A DNA stretch of 64,000 bases from Oikopleura dioica. Its lineage: Eukaryota > Animalia > Chordata. The stretch spans positions 2,253,929-2,317,928 of the forward strand of contig OU015570.1 of NCBI GenBank assembly GCA_907165135.1, given 5' to 3'. The position numbers and the translations under genes are program-made. This document shows positions 1 through 12,289 of the stretch, piece after piece. Under the pieces are notes generated by a model. That model made no database searches. It saw only the letters and a program-made list of their open reading frames with translations, and had not been told where the DNA came from. Position 1 is the first letter of the stretch; every line of letters starts with the position of its first letter.

Positions 1-1583
1 GGTCTCGGGAGCGAATTTGGATCATAACTGTTGTTTTTTTGTGGTTCTAGAAAGAAAATTTTATAAAGAGATTAATATCTTTCGAAGTGGCAGCCCTTGA
101 AAAATTTAACTGCCACTGCCAAGTGACTGCCGAAATCGGCAGCTGCCAGTGGCAGTCGTGGCAGTACCGCCAACAACTTTCAAACTCTGTGACGAACCGT
201 AGCTCTTTGGCATTTCCTGACGAATCGTAGGTAACCCGGATGATCCGCTGAAAAAAATTTACATGGATTCCATCTTTTTCACAAAATTAACATGGTTTCA
301 TTTATTTTATCAGAAAATATACTTTTACATGAATTCAGCTTTTTTGATCGGTTGAAACCATGTAAAGATGCAATCCATCTAAAAGAATATTTTTACATGG
401 AATCATTTTTTACATGCTTTATTTTTTACATGGATCGCGCTTTTACATGGAATCAGCCGTACTCTAAAAATGCTTCACACTGTAATGAATTCTCCCGCAG
501 GAAATCGACTTGGAGAAGTTGTGTTGATTGGAAGGTCTTTTTCATAAATCTTCAATTGAAAATGGTTACAACTAATGATAAATGTGGCAGTTTAATTGAA
601 GAATGATAACAGATAATTAACTATAAGTACTTAATTTGAAAATTATATTATTTGAAGTGTTATCAGAGCATAAAAATCTATGTGATACGTGAAAATCAGC
701 TTCCTACGACTTTCAGATAAAAAGTCGATTTTTTGTGCGTTTTGCGGCATAACTTATGCCTACAGATAAAATATAATTTATAAATTGATAATTATAAGCG
801 GTTTTAAAATTCTTCATCATCGCTTTTCTCAATAAATTTTCTTGAATAAAAATTTGCAGCGTCATATTTGGGGAATTGAATAAGGGGTATCAAGGGGATG
901 ACCTATGTTACTCGAATAATATAAGCTCAAGATGATAGAAAAGAGACTGTAAGTGTTACGTAAATGAGTTTATCGATTGGTAAATGAAGAAGAGGGGTTA
1001 CACTTGATTCGTTTAGAACCCTGGTCCAAGCATGAAAAATTTTTGTGTCAATTATAAGTTAATTTTAATGCTTACAACGACTTTGTATCAGTTTTCTTTA
1101 GATATGGCTATCATTCACACTTCACCAATGAATGTGCAAAAAAAAATTATTAACTTGTGTTTAATTTTGATTGTCATTATTCAAGGGCTCTATATCTGGA
1201 TCGGGTATTTTTCTTATAGCGGAGGTTCTCGTAGTCGCTGATTTTTCTTCGAGCTTGCCCTTTGAAGCAGCTTATATAAGAGTTTTTACGAAAGCTTCAA
1301 GAAATAAGTAAAAAAAAAATTCTTTCAAAACAGTTCTCCTTCTGATTTTTTGTTAAGACATGTGTAAAAAATCATATAAGCTCAATTTTCGCCAAAATAA
1401 CCCTCGCTTATTATTCGTTAAAAAATTTGTGAAAAATAAGTATCTTACTTTTTCTTGATTCTTTTCCTATACAGTAAAAACCCAAAATTTCCCCACCCGA
1501 AATTTGGCCGTTTTTTGTCTAAATCTGCCTTTTTTGGAAACTGAAATCAACCCTTAATTTGGCAGCTTTTTCCAAAATACATA

Positions 1584-2437
1584 CAGTTTGAAGCACTTTT
1601 AAGGCCGACCCTTTTAAGGCCACTTTTTCGAAAAATTCCCGAAATCTGTCATCCTAAAAAAATCCACTTTAAGGCCATTTTCCCTTCAATTTCAGTTCAA
1701 AATCCGAAAGTTACAGTGTCACTTGAAAAAGCTTTATTTCGGGTGTAGGGCGGCTACGTTACAAATAGTTAAAATTGTAACAGCGTTACAAAAATTCAAA
1801 ATCAAAATCATTGAACGAGTGGGCGCTTCGCGCCTGAATTAAAGGAAACTACACTTTGGCACACCTTATCGCTTATTCTGTCCAAAATAATAAGAATTAC
1901 GGAATGGAAAATAATTTTTATTGGGAAAAAAATCTGAATTCTTGTAACGGCGTTACAAAATTGTAACGGCGTTACAAATTTGTAACGTAGCCGCCCGTCC
2001 CCCTTTATTTCTTCGACTGCGTGATGCTGTTCTTTGACGTCTTCACTAAAATCTCTTAATATCTTTTTTCTAAGCATTTGCCGTGTTTTTTTCTTTTTTA
2101 AGACATGCTTTACGAATATTACTTTTGAAAAAATGAAAGAAAGAATCATGTTGAGTTCAATTTAAAGGACACATTCTGAAAAGGCTACGATTCATACTTT
2201 GTTCGGCCGAAAAAAATAATACTATTTCTATTTTTTAGGAAATAAGTTGAAAGTATATTCCGAAAACAGTGAAAGAAAGTTAAGTTCTGAATAATTTTAT
2301 GAACCCTCATTTATCTTTTTTTCCAAAGAAAGTAAAAAATTTGTTGTCATCCGACTCGAGACAAAAAATATCCATTTTAAGGCCACTTTTGAAATTCGCT
2401 GTCATCCGAAAATCGGCCTTAAAAGTGCTTCACACTG
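1584..2437. mobile_element. Tc1/mariner-type non-autonomous element (MITE)
   Basis: TIRs CAGT(T/G)TGAAGCACTTTTAAGGCCGA at both ends (1 mismatch), flanked by TA at 1582-83 and 2438-39; no transposase ORF. Confidence 0.7.
1748..1996. repeat. Small inverted-repeat element nested in the preceding MITE
   Basis: 18-bp perfect inverted repeat GGGCGGCTACGTTACAAA and internal GTAACGGCGTTAC repeats; no clear TSD. Confidence 0.5.
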
Positions 2438-2894
2438 TATTTCTTCTCCAATGAGCATTTGAAGTCCTAGAAATGTCGACATCAACGAGAAGAGTACTTC
2501 GGATGATCGTGGCACTTGACTTCTCCCTAGTTTTGGACCAGTGCGCGTCCAAAAATTTCGGCGAGCTGAAGCTCTTTTGAGCCAGAGGCGCTTGGGCGTA
2601 GCTACAAAAGCATCAGAAGCAGCATGGTCGAGCAGTTCGCTGTAGCTATCTACCGATGAAATCGACGAGTCAGCACTTACATCAGCTGGCTTTTGCTCGG
2701 ATTCCTGAGTCGAAGTAGGGTCGGCGGCGTGTCTGTTATGCGACTTTTGAGAAGATTCTGGATCTGGCGAGTTCAACGGAAAGTGCGTGTGAATCGCGAC
2801 CAGAAGTTGAAGAATGGTGTCCGTTTGAGCATCAAGAAGCAGCAATTTCTCCAAAATGCTCGTGGCCAAAGACATCTTCGCGGCAACAGCTAGA

Positions 2895-3284
2895 ATAAAA
2901 CCTGCTCTAGGCAAACTCAGCAGAGTTTGGCACGGTCCTTATACGATTCATAAACGAATTGCAAAGGATTCCTACATTGTGAAAAACGTGCATACAGGAC
3001 GCGAATACAAAAGACACATAAATCTGATTCGGCCCTGCAAAATAATACAGCTGGACAAAAGCGACTATAATAAAAACGAGAGTATGAAAACCGACAAAGC
3101 AGAATCAACCGATGTAAAAATGTCAACCGTGACACAAACAGAAAACGATGATCTTCCAGCGAAAGGATCAATCAAACAAACGCAAAATTGTTTTGATAAG
3201 ATTTTGTCAACCGAGACAATAATCAACTCCAATGACGAGCAAAATTCTTGGTCAAACCGACTTCGACCGAGAAAGCAAATCTGA
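2895..3284 (+). pseudogene. pol: 3' fragment of pol (integrase GPY/F region and tail) of element A
   Basis: GKLSRVWHGPYTIHKRIAKDSYIVK...YKRHINLIRP...WSNRLRPRKQ aligns with element B GKLGLSWSGPFKVHRRLSKDSYILK...YRRNISLIRP...WKDRLRSRQKQ. Confidence 0.85.
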
Positions 3285-3351
3285 ATAAAAATGGGGAGGA
3301 AGAGCCTCCACAACCCTTTTGTAAAATCCTCTTTCAAGCAAGAATGAGTGG

Positions 3352-3888
3352 TTGCCAAATATAAAAGTCCATAGGACGTCCGACTTGCCAAATTATCCAA
3401 CTGTAGCTCATGAAGAAGGGACCTTCAACAAACAATGCAAATTCGTCAAAACCCTTTTGGATAACACAACAAAACAAGTCAAATATAGCCAGTCTTCGAC
3501 TTTACCGCTGTTGCTGAATATACAGTTATTCAATTGGCCAAACGAATTTCTGTCATATCTGCGAAAATGTAACTGCCGAGCACGACTGTGGAAAACAAAA
3601 TTGCTAAAATTCCAATTGGCATGAATAATTGAGATAATGAAGAAAATTTCAGCGAAATCTTCAAACACAAAACACCGATATACAATCCGCGAAACGAAAT
3701 TTCGAAATACCAAAATCAAACAGATGAGCGCAGCGCAGCTCATAAATCATAAGGAAGCAATTGTGAAAGCGTCGAGCAAGGAGCACACGCACCGCGACTC
3801 GTCCGCCGTTACCCCGACGGGGAAACCCCCTCCTCAAAATGTACCTACGAAAATTCAGAAAAATGGAAAAACGTCAGCTTTTATTTAA
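3352..3888 (+). pseudogene. Element A ORF3, basic protein of unknown function with one in-frame TGA
   Basis: Track ORFs 3352-3624 and 3637-3888 share a frame across TGA 3622-24; same position and size class as element B ORF3. Confidence 0.4.
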
Positions 3889-3923
3889 AATATTTCGAAA
3901 AAAAAGAGCATATTACGAAGAAA

Positions 3924-4676
3924 ATGTCCGGCAGTCGATTCGGCATAATTGAAAATATACCGTATTTGCAAAGAGAAGATCCGAAGCGACGATTTATTCA
4001 ATTTTCACTTTCCTTCATCATTGGATTCAAAGTTAACCTTCATTGCCTCCGGAATGAACCAAAAACGCGCATTTTACGAGAATATCTCATCAAAATTCAG
4101 GAAGCCCTGCTAAAGATTGTCCAGAACAGAGAATTTACTTTCAAAGCGAGCAACCTTCGAGTCCAAGGAGCCAGTACGACTGAAGCTCTCCTAAACTGGT
4201 CGTTCAGAGCACTCATTCTTAGGTTCTCTAACCTACACGAAGATCAATCGTGAATGGAGATCATCAAGTCTTTCGAGACCGAGTTCTATGGAAAAAGATC
4301 TCTGTGGAGCGCAATGGCGAATATCAGCCCTTCAGATTTATCATCAATGACAACGAGAGCAGAAATCGTCTGCTATGACTATCTCAACTCATTGAATATT
4401 AGGAATTTCACGCTTTGCGTTGCCCAAGGACCCATGCTTACATGTGATACTGCGACGACATCAGTCCCAAATCTTTCGACTTCTGAACAACAGTATCCAA
4501 ATGCAGAAGAAGTTCAATCGACGTCAACCGTTTGTAGCCGCGTAGACAACGCCATTTATTTCGACCAACATAAACTCGACAATAAGTGGATAAATTCTAT
4601 AAATGGAGACAACCCGAACGATTCGACTCCTTGCTTTACATCTGCATCCGAACAAAAGACACGTCCAATCAGATGA
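3924..4676 (+). pseudogene. Element A ORF4, accessory protein homologous to element B ORF4, with one in-frame TGA
   Basis: Track ORFs 3924-4253 and 4254-4676 are contiguous in frame, and both halves align to 55864-56547. Confidence 0.75.
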
Positions 4677-4703
4677 ATGATTTGCCAAAGCGAGGACGTT
4701 TCT

Positions 4704-4718
4704 AAAAAGGAGGAGGAA
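4704..4718 (+). other. Polypurine tract of element A
   Basis: AAAAAGGAGGAGGAA immediately before LTR start TGTAGT at 4723; near-identical to element B PPT. Confidence 0.8.
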
Positions 4719-5028
4719 TATATGTAGTAGTTTTACACTTATAAAAACAAAAATTCTCTCTTGCTAAAGCGCCAAGCTGAAATACAAATCCGTCCGCGTG
4801 AAATATTCACCCGCGCGCACGAACGCTCTCGCCGCCGCGACGAGTACACTCACCGCCACTACAGCGCTAGTCACTCTACCCAGCACGGACAGCTAATTCA
4901 ACTCAAACTACATGTTACTCATCTCAATCTTCACTTAGCCCGCCGAAGAATACTTTTTATTCACCCTTACTTACAGCTCGTTCGCGTGAACTAAAGCTCT
5001 ATTCACGCGAACATAACCACTATATAAG

Positions 5029-5222
5029 TGTGAGGTTCGCCAAGCTCCTTATTTGGTCATTCTCGATTTACGTCGGACCGCCCGCTGTCCAGCTGCAAAA
5101 AGCCGGCTCTCGCCCTGCCCTTTTCACCGACTGTCACTTTCTAACCAATTTGTTTTCCGCGAATACAAAAATTACGCTAAAGCTACTTGAATTCCTTATT
5201 TGATTACTTGGCAATCCTAACA
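5029..5222 (+). repeat. 5' LTR of element E
   Basis: Direct repeat of 7433-7626. Confidence 0.95.
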
Positions 5223-5223
5223 G

Positions 5224-5237
5224 TGGTACCAGGAGTG
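5224..5237 (+). other. Primer-binding site, tRNA-Leu(UAA) type
   Basis: TGGTACCAGGAGTG is complementary to the 3' end ...CACUCCUGGUACCA of vertebrate-type tRNA-Leu-UAA (recalled sequence). Confidence 0.8.
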
Positions 5238-5247
5238 AAACACCAGT

Positions 5248-6278
5248 ATGGAGAGATACATCAAAGACATCGCCGAGTTGGAAAAAGCTATTGCAGAGCT
5301 GGAAGGACTAGCGACTCCACCTGAACAATCGATAAAATACCTGAGAAAAGCGATGAAAGATCTCAAACCGACGGACCACATATCAGTTAAGTCAGAAAGT
5401 ACTCAACAAGTAGCATTAACTTCTCAATACACGGGCAGGCGACTAAGCGCTCAAAACACGGGGTCGGGAAAACCGACCACCAAGCATTATTCAGCCCGCG
5501 CGGCGCGCCAAATTCGGAGTGTGAAAAACAGCGCCGACTATTTTGATCTCTCATTCATTTTTCCGTCGAGATAATTAGTTCAAAACTCTACTGTTAGAAA
5601 GCCTGAACACTAAGCTATTTACTCATGTTATTATCAAGGAGAAATAACATTTCAATTTTTCGATAATGAGCTCGAAAGAGATCTGGTGCAAAGCGCCATC
5701 CCTCTTGAAAAATTTCACGAAACTTTGCAGAGTGGTTCGGTTTGTTCATATAAGTGCACATTGCAAAAATTAGGTCAAACGGATTACCACATTTGAAGTA
5801 ATTGAGGGCCAAAGTCGCCGTGGTCGGTTTTACCGACCACGTGTATTGAGAAGTTAAGGAAATCCTGCGAAAATGCCCTTGATAAACTGGAATTGGAGGC
5901 ACATGATTACGAGGAGGTTTCTCAATTCTGCGCCACCGTAGACAAAATAAGAGCCAGCTACGGAGGCATCTGCGACGAGGAATTCATCAGAATGGTAGTC
6001 TTGCGCTTCGGTACTGACGCCTACGCTAGATATGAAGCGAGCGGGAAAGATCATGGAGATTTGGCGAAATTGAGAGATTGGATTTTGGTCGAGTTCAGCA
6101 GCGGTCTCTCGGTGCTTTAGCTGATTGGACGAGCGCTCGATGCACCATTCGAAACCGCGCGCGGATGGAAACATTTTTCAATTTTGATAGAAAACAGGCT
6201 GAAATGCGCGGAAGCAGCGATTTTGAGGAAAATAAGAGAAAAGAAAATCGCCGAGGGTAAACCGAGAGAAGAAGCGCG
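5248..6278 (+). pseudogene. gag: gag-like ORF of element E, interrupted by a TTAA MITE and a TAG
   Basis: Removing 5420-5857 joins ...QQVAL to RKSCENALDKLELEAHDYEE... in frame; the frame stays open after TAG 6118-20; first ORF after the PBS. Confidence 0.65.
5420..5853. mobile_element. 434-bp TTAA-targeting (piggyBac-like) MITE
   Basis: 14-bp TIR CTTCTCAATACACG; TTAA at 5416-19 and 5854-57; excision restores the gag frame. Confidence 0.85.
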
Positions 6279-7316
6279 ACATGTGAATACCGCGCAAGAA
6301 GAAAGGGATCATACGTTCAGCCAGCAACTCCGCCATTGAAACATGTTCTCAAGGGCAACCGGCCCTTCGAGGTGATTTATTGCGATTATGTCCACATGCC
6401 GCCCGGTAAAACGGGAAAACATTACATTTTGACTATACAAGATTGATTCTCTCGGTTTTTGTATACAACTCCTCAAGCTAGGAATAGAGCGATAGATGCG
6501 GCACGAGGACTCTACACTTTCATGCTTCAGTACGGTTTCCCGCGAGTTTTATCGTCGGACAAGGGTCGCTATTTCATCTCAACAGTGATCAAGGACTTCG
6601 CAAAACTTTTGGGGATACGGCAGACTCTCCACTGCAGCTTCCGACCGCAGAGCACAGGTACGCTCGAAAGAGCTCATCGGGTTCTTAAGAACAGCTTATG
6701 GGCCCTTGTTAACGATACAGGGTGCGATTGGGAAGAGGCGCTGCCGTCAGTGACATCATGGATGAACAGAGGCTACAATAAAGCAATCAAATCTTCTCCT
6801 TGGAAAATTATCTATGGCTACGACTACAACGATTCTGGACTACGAGTTCCGACCAGCACAGAGAAAGAGATGAACCCGAACCAGTACGCAAAAAGACTGC
6901 GGAATACACTATCAGCAGCGCATAAAATGGTTAAACTCGCGCAAGAAGAAGCAGACCTTGCTATGGGCGCAAAGAAGCCACATTACACTCCAATAAGTAT
7001 CTCACCGGGCGACCAGGTATATTTGAAGCGAGAGGTAAGCGCCGAGGCTAAACGAACGCATCAGCCCTACATCGGGCCCTACAAGGTATTGAAATGCAAT
7101 AGCTGCGTGCTGCTCATCGAGATCGACGGAAAAACGGAGTTTGTGCATAGAGGTCATGTTGTGAAACGACTGCAGCGCGCCGCCCAGCAGGACGACGATC
7201 TTCTCGAGCTCATGGACATCGAGGAAAAACCGCCAGACAAAATTGCCCCACCTCTCCGCAGAAGTGGTCGAGTGAGGAAGCCAATTGATTGCCTCGGAAT
7301 ACGCCCAACGAGTTAA
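6279..7316 (+). pseudogene. pol: Integrase of element E (DDE core + GPY) with in-frame TGA at 6444-46
   Basis: RPFEVIYCDYVHMP...LTIQD*FSRF...SSDKGRYF...GTLERAH...YIGPYKV. Confidence 0.9.
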
Positions 7317-7432
7317 TAGTCGAGGTATTACTCTTCCTTACATGTTTTCATCGTTTTATTTATCACCGATCACCGATACTTCGCCGCCTTTTTACAGCAT
7401 TCGACGACTCTCATCTGCGCTGACCGGAGGGC

Positions 7433-7626
7433 TGTGAGGTTCGCCAAGCTCCTTATTTGGTCATTCTCGATTTACGTCGGACCGCCCGCTGTCCAGCTGC
7501 AAAAAGCCGGCTCTCGCCCTGCCCTTTTCACCGACTGTCACTTTCTAACCAGTTTGTTTTCCGCGAATACAAAAATTACGCTAAAGCTACTTGAATTCCT
7601 TATTTGATTACTCGCCAATCCTAACA
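7433..7626 (+). repeat. 3' LTR of element E
   Basis: Direct repeat of 5029-5222. Confidence 0.95.
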
Positions 7627-7930
7627 TAAGTTAGCTGCTTCTGCCTTTGACACACAACACAACACACTTTTGTAAACTTCTAAAAACACCAATACACTTT
7701 TTATCAAGCTCAAACCAACCGTCTTGTAGTTTTTATATGCATAAAACCACTACAAGGTCAGGATGCCGAGCCCAGCGCAGCTCAGTTTGCCGAGCCAAGA
7801 GCTCACGTCAGTGATTGCTGAAATGTCCTTCTCAGCTCAGCTCAATTCAATATTTTTCTGAGAGAACCAGCTCAGCTCCCATGTGAGAAATTGTAACAAT
7901 AAACCCTTGTAAATGTGGGTCTTCCGACAA

Positions 7931-8001
7931 GTTAGTATAGCTGAGTGGTTAGTGATCCCCTTAGTGAGTGGCGGGCGCGAGCTCGATACCTCTTTTCTAA
8001 C
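7931..8001 (+). other. Degenerate tRNA-like / SINE-head sequence
   Basis: 71 nt; A-box TAGCTGAGTGG, B-box-like GAGCTCGATACC, acceptor-like GTTAG/CTAAC pairing, followed by T7; anticodon and T arms pair poorly. Confidence 0.35.
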
Positions 8002-9689
8002 ATTTTTTTCAGCATGAGTCCTTCGATGACGTCATGCAAGAGAGCCCCGCGCCTCGATTAACAAGGGTGCCATCGTTTTACCGATTAAATTTTTTTTTGC
8101 TGCGCCATCGTTTTATTGAGTAACTAACTCAAAAGTGCCAGCGTTTTATCGAGTAACAAAGGGTCGCTGGAATATCAATCGCGCTGGTCGTTAGTGCGCT
8201 TGCAAAAATCTCAGCGGGAATCATGCGCTCGTGTAGTAGGTCGGGCGCACTAGGAGACAAGCATTTATCCCTCGATAATCAAATAAAGAAATTCTGCCAT
8301 GAGACTTAAAGAGATTACTATTATAAAGTAAACAACGGGCTTTTCAATGAATGAAATAACAGACTGATAAACTTCGTATTTTGAGGAAAAAAAGGGGCAA
8401 AACCTAATTACCTGAAGAGTTTAGTCTGTGACCAAATTTTCAGTGATATCGGCTCACTTTCACAGGCTTGAGAGAGGAAGGAAGAGCTGCGCGCGCTTTT
8501 GTAAAAATGGGTACACTTTCACCGGCCAAATGACTGGCTTTACATTATCGTTTTCTAATTTTTTAATGTTTCCGAATTAGTTCAAACGATTATCTAGCAT
8601 TCTATTTAATTAGAATTTCGATATCAATTCTAGTTCTCCCTAAATCAATCGCCACAAAATTGGACGTTTTGATCTGTGAAGCGCCGCGCTTATCGCTTTT
8701 TCACACCGGAAGAGAAAAAGTACAATTTCTTCCGGGGTTTTCGAATACGCTGATTCGATAAACATAAAATAAAAAAGATCCAAGAAATTTTACTCTTACA
8801 CGTTAATTTTGATTTATTTTTTCCATCGCGGAAGGGTTCAAACTTTTCTCTGGCATAAAAAAATCTTAAACAACCCATCTAAAGGTAACTCTACGACGTC
8901 AATACTGGCCGAAAATTGTTGTTGATACCCTTTATCTTAATTTTCTTAGAAATCATTGAAAATTTTAACTCATTCCTTTCCTTACTTCAGCCGAGTACTT
9001 CTTGATTTTTCTTTTACAGCAGGCTCTCTTTCAGAAAAACGAGCAGATCAATTTTTTAAAATTTTTGAAGAAAAGTTCCTTCATTTTTAATCCATATTTA
9101 AGCAGGAAAATCGCCAAAAGAGGGCGTTTTTCACCCAGAGAATCAGTAAAACAGATGAACAGGGAAGAAAGACGTCCCGCTGTGTGCATTCTAGTTATCA
9201 GAGTTCCAAATCAGCCATGAACGGCTGCTCCTGCCCCCAATCCGTCGGTAATTTTCTTGTCTCAGTTCAACTTGCCCCGAAAACTCTTTTATTTTTAATT
9301 ATGTAGACTTTAAATAATAGTTTATTGACTATAATTACCATAATTATAAGAAAAAGAATTGCCTTGTTTAGCAAATTTGTCGAAAATTCGTAATTTATGT
9401 ATTAAAAATGTCAAAATCACCATTAATTTAATATATTTCATTCATTCTTAATTTCATTTTCAAGTGAGGGCGCTTTTTTTACGCCGCGCTCTGATTGGCG
9501 CGCGCTCGGCAAATCTCCGAGCTTGGGGGAGTGTGGTTGGTGTTGTACGCCTCAGAAGATACACGCCTCGCGCTAAATCTCGGTCTGATGGAGCCTCAAA
9601 TCCAGATTTTTCACCACCTAAAAAGTGAGAGCGCAACGAGAGTTCTGCCAAACAAAATGGTTCTGTCAACAGAATTATTTCGAAGGCCG

Positions 9690-11908
9690 GCCGGTATTTT
9701 CGGCCAAGGCCTCTGGCGAAGCCCTGCTCAAATCCTGCTAAAAATTACAGTGAGAAATTCTTTTGTGGGGGCCCCGACGGAGCCCTACACGAATTCTGCC
9801 AAGAGGCAAGAATAAGGATTAATTTGCGCGGGCCTTGAAAGAGTGCTGCGGAATTTTTGGTCGAAGAGTGATTTTTGAAGAGATTTTTGGCTGCGGCCCT
9901 GGCGGAGCCCTGCGCAAATTATGCTGAGAAGGCACATTTAAAACTAATTTAAGGCCGGACCCCGACAGAGTCCTGCCCAAATTTTGCCGAGAGGCATAAT
10001 TAACTAAATTTTTAGCCGGGCTCAGGCGGAGCCCTGCAGAAGTTTGCCAAGGAGGCCAATCAAAACTTTATTTTTGAGCAGGCCCCGGTGGAGCCATTCA
10101 AAATTTTTTTGCCAAGAAAGCCCATTTTAACTCGTTTTCCGGCCGGGCCACGAATAAGTTCTGCAGAATTTTCCCCGAAAAGGCTCATTTCAACTTGATT
10201 TTTGACAAAAAGGTTAAAAGTTTGTCCACAAGAAAGCATCGTTTTTGCTCAAAACGCATTAGAGCTGTTATGTTCCTGCCAAAAACTCTCGGTTTTACGC
10301 GAAAACGTGATTTTCATGATATTTATGCCTTAGCTTCGGCTAAGCCCAGGATTTATAGAAAAATGAGCCACTTCCTTCAACAAACCCCCGCGGAGCAAAT
10401 TGATTAAAAGGGCACCGGAGCTCCCGAAAATTACGTCAATTGATCATATTAAGATACGATTGCAACCCCTTAAACCCCAGAAATTATGAGTGAACAAGGC
10501 AGCAGTGTCACGGGTAAGATTTCACAAAGAAAAATCATTAATGAACGGTCCTGGGCTTTGCTAATCAATTCAAAATGGATAACTGCGAGCTTTCCCGTGG
10601 AACCGACTATCAAATCCGACAATTCTCATCTAAATACGAAACGCAACGGCAACGTCGGCAGAACAAACGATCGTTCGCAAATTATGGCATGTCTCAAAGA
10701 ACCTCTTGTTGCCGAAAAGCGGTAATACGCCAAAAATCCTTCTCTCGGCAAAACTTTCTTTAAACTCAGTAGACGACGGGAATAATAAGTATATGTTGCA
10801 ATCAATCTTCTTTAACATTATTTATCAAGCCTAACAACCTCATTAAGCAAAAAAAGGCTTCAGAAGCACGTGACAAATCAAAAAAGATCTCTGTCTTCAA
10901 AAGAATGCTGCCATTTACCGCCACTGCTGTTACATAAATTCCAGGCTTGCCAAGATTATCAAAAAGGAAGAACATAAGGCAATTTTAATTTTGAATATAT
11001 TTATTTACACTGCGAAACCCGAAAATGGATTCTCAAAACAACGAATCAAAATCTACCTAGACTGAACCCGATGTCGTGTTTTTCCGTCCTCAGCCGGAAA
11101 CTAACAGATCCAATTCAAAATGGACTCAAACTGACGCCCCTCCGTCTGAACAGCCATCTCCGAAAAAGGCGAAAACCAACGATGAGGCACGCGGCCCTGA
11201 ACAAAACTCACTCGTTAGTCGAGCAAAATTTTGAGCGATCATCTGGCAAGATGCCGAGAAAATCGACTTTTGGGAACACTATTGTCGGAATCGCCTCTGC
11301 TTCAAAAATGCGCGCGAATCTGGTTTTACAACAAAGCAGCTCATCAGCCTACATCTCCTTACACTAAGACGGCAGGATGTTTTTGTCGACGAAGTGATTG
11401 GACAAGACGAGCGCAAGGACTTTGATACGTATTTGGAATCGGTTAGGAGGTTTCTGAATAACACAAGAACAACTGCATTTGGGGAGATACTGAAAGTAAA
11501 ACGAAAACCCCAAGAAACCTTTATACAATTATTCATACGAATATGTGAAATATGCCGTTACAAGGTTGGAAAAGAATCAAAATCACTGGCAACTTTGATA
11601 TACCCGACTCCTCTCGAGATCTGCATGCCGTTGGAAAAGATGGAAATGACACGGGTGATCGAAGCCGCTGAACAACTCGACTTTGAAACCCTCAGAACAG
11701 CGGTCAAAAAAACTCTTATTTGGACGGCATAGGTAATATTCGTTTGCGACTGCTACAGAATTAAAAATTATTTTCGGCACTTTGGATCAGCGAATCAAGC
11801 GGATCTGGATCTTCTTTAAGAGGCAATCGAAAATCACGCTTCTGCACTGAGTGAACCTTCAAAGAAAGGGGCACGAGCGGCCTTGACGACTACTTTTGTG
11901 AGTTGGAA
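9690..11908 (+). mobile_element. Older degenerate copy of family C internal region (leader array, deleted ORF1, ORF2 with stops)
   Basis: Reverse-complement similarity to ~17250-20290; ORF 11394-11732 closely matches the C-terminal half of 17423-18130. Confidence 0.85.
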
Positions 11909-12247
11909 TGTTGTAATATGCTTCCTCATTTATGACTTCTATGTACTAAGCTAAGTTCCTGCTAAGTAAGCATACTACTTTTGTATTGACGGTAATTCGG
12001 TGTTTATTTGTGATTCTGGGGCAAGGCCAGAATGAGGGAAAATGGGCATGGTCAGGCACTTTTATAGGAGCGCTCGCTCACAAGTCTCACTTCGAGTTCG
12101 ACTTTATTTCTGAGCTGCAGTTCCGAGTTGAGTGATGAGCTCGCGCTTCGCAGTTGGTGCTCGCGCTCGCCCCTCAGCTTCGGATTCTGTGAGCTTGGCT
12201 CGAGACTCGACTTTCGTTTTTGTAATCATAAGTTATGGACCATAACA
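11909..12247 (-). repeat. 3' LTR of element C
   Basis: Direct repeat of 20874-21212; on the minus strand CTATAAAA precedes AATAAA. Confidence 0.95.
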
Positions 12248-12260
12248 CTTTTCCCCCCTT
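12248..12260 (-). other. Polypurine tract of element C
   Basis: Minus strand AAGGGGGGAAAAG abutting the 3' LTR. Confidence 0.9.
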
Positions 12261-12289
12261 GCTGGCAAAATAAAATTGAGTTCAGGTTA

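Larger units (their letters stand above)
5029..7626 (+). mobile_element. Element E: 2.6-kb internally deleted LTR retrotransposon (gag + integrase only)
   Basis: 194-bp TG...CA LTRs with 3 mismatches, TSD TAAG (5025-28 / 7627-30), tRNA-Leu PBS; no PR/RT/RNase H sequence. Confidence 0.9.
2895..7754 (+). mobile_element. Element A: 5'-truncated Ty3/gypsy-like LTR retrotransposon, divergent relative of element B
   Basis: Integrase C-terminus, two accessory ORFs, PPT and a 3' LTR (TGTAGT...ACTACA) in the same order as element B. Confidence 0.8.
4723..7754 (+). repeat. 3' LTR of element A (~430 bp), split by element E (4723-5028 plus 7631-7754)
   Basis: Terminal inverted repeat TGTAGT(A/G)GTTTTA...TAAAACCACTACA; the halves rejoin at the duplicated TAAG. 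Confidence 0.75.

Noticed and set aside
2402-2875. 157-codon Ser-rich minus-strand ORF
   Set aside because: No recognisable domain; it ends inside a MITE and abuts a truncation junction, so it cannot be supported as a gene
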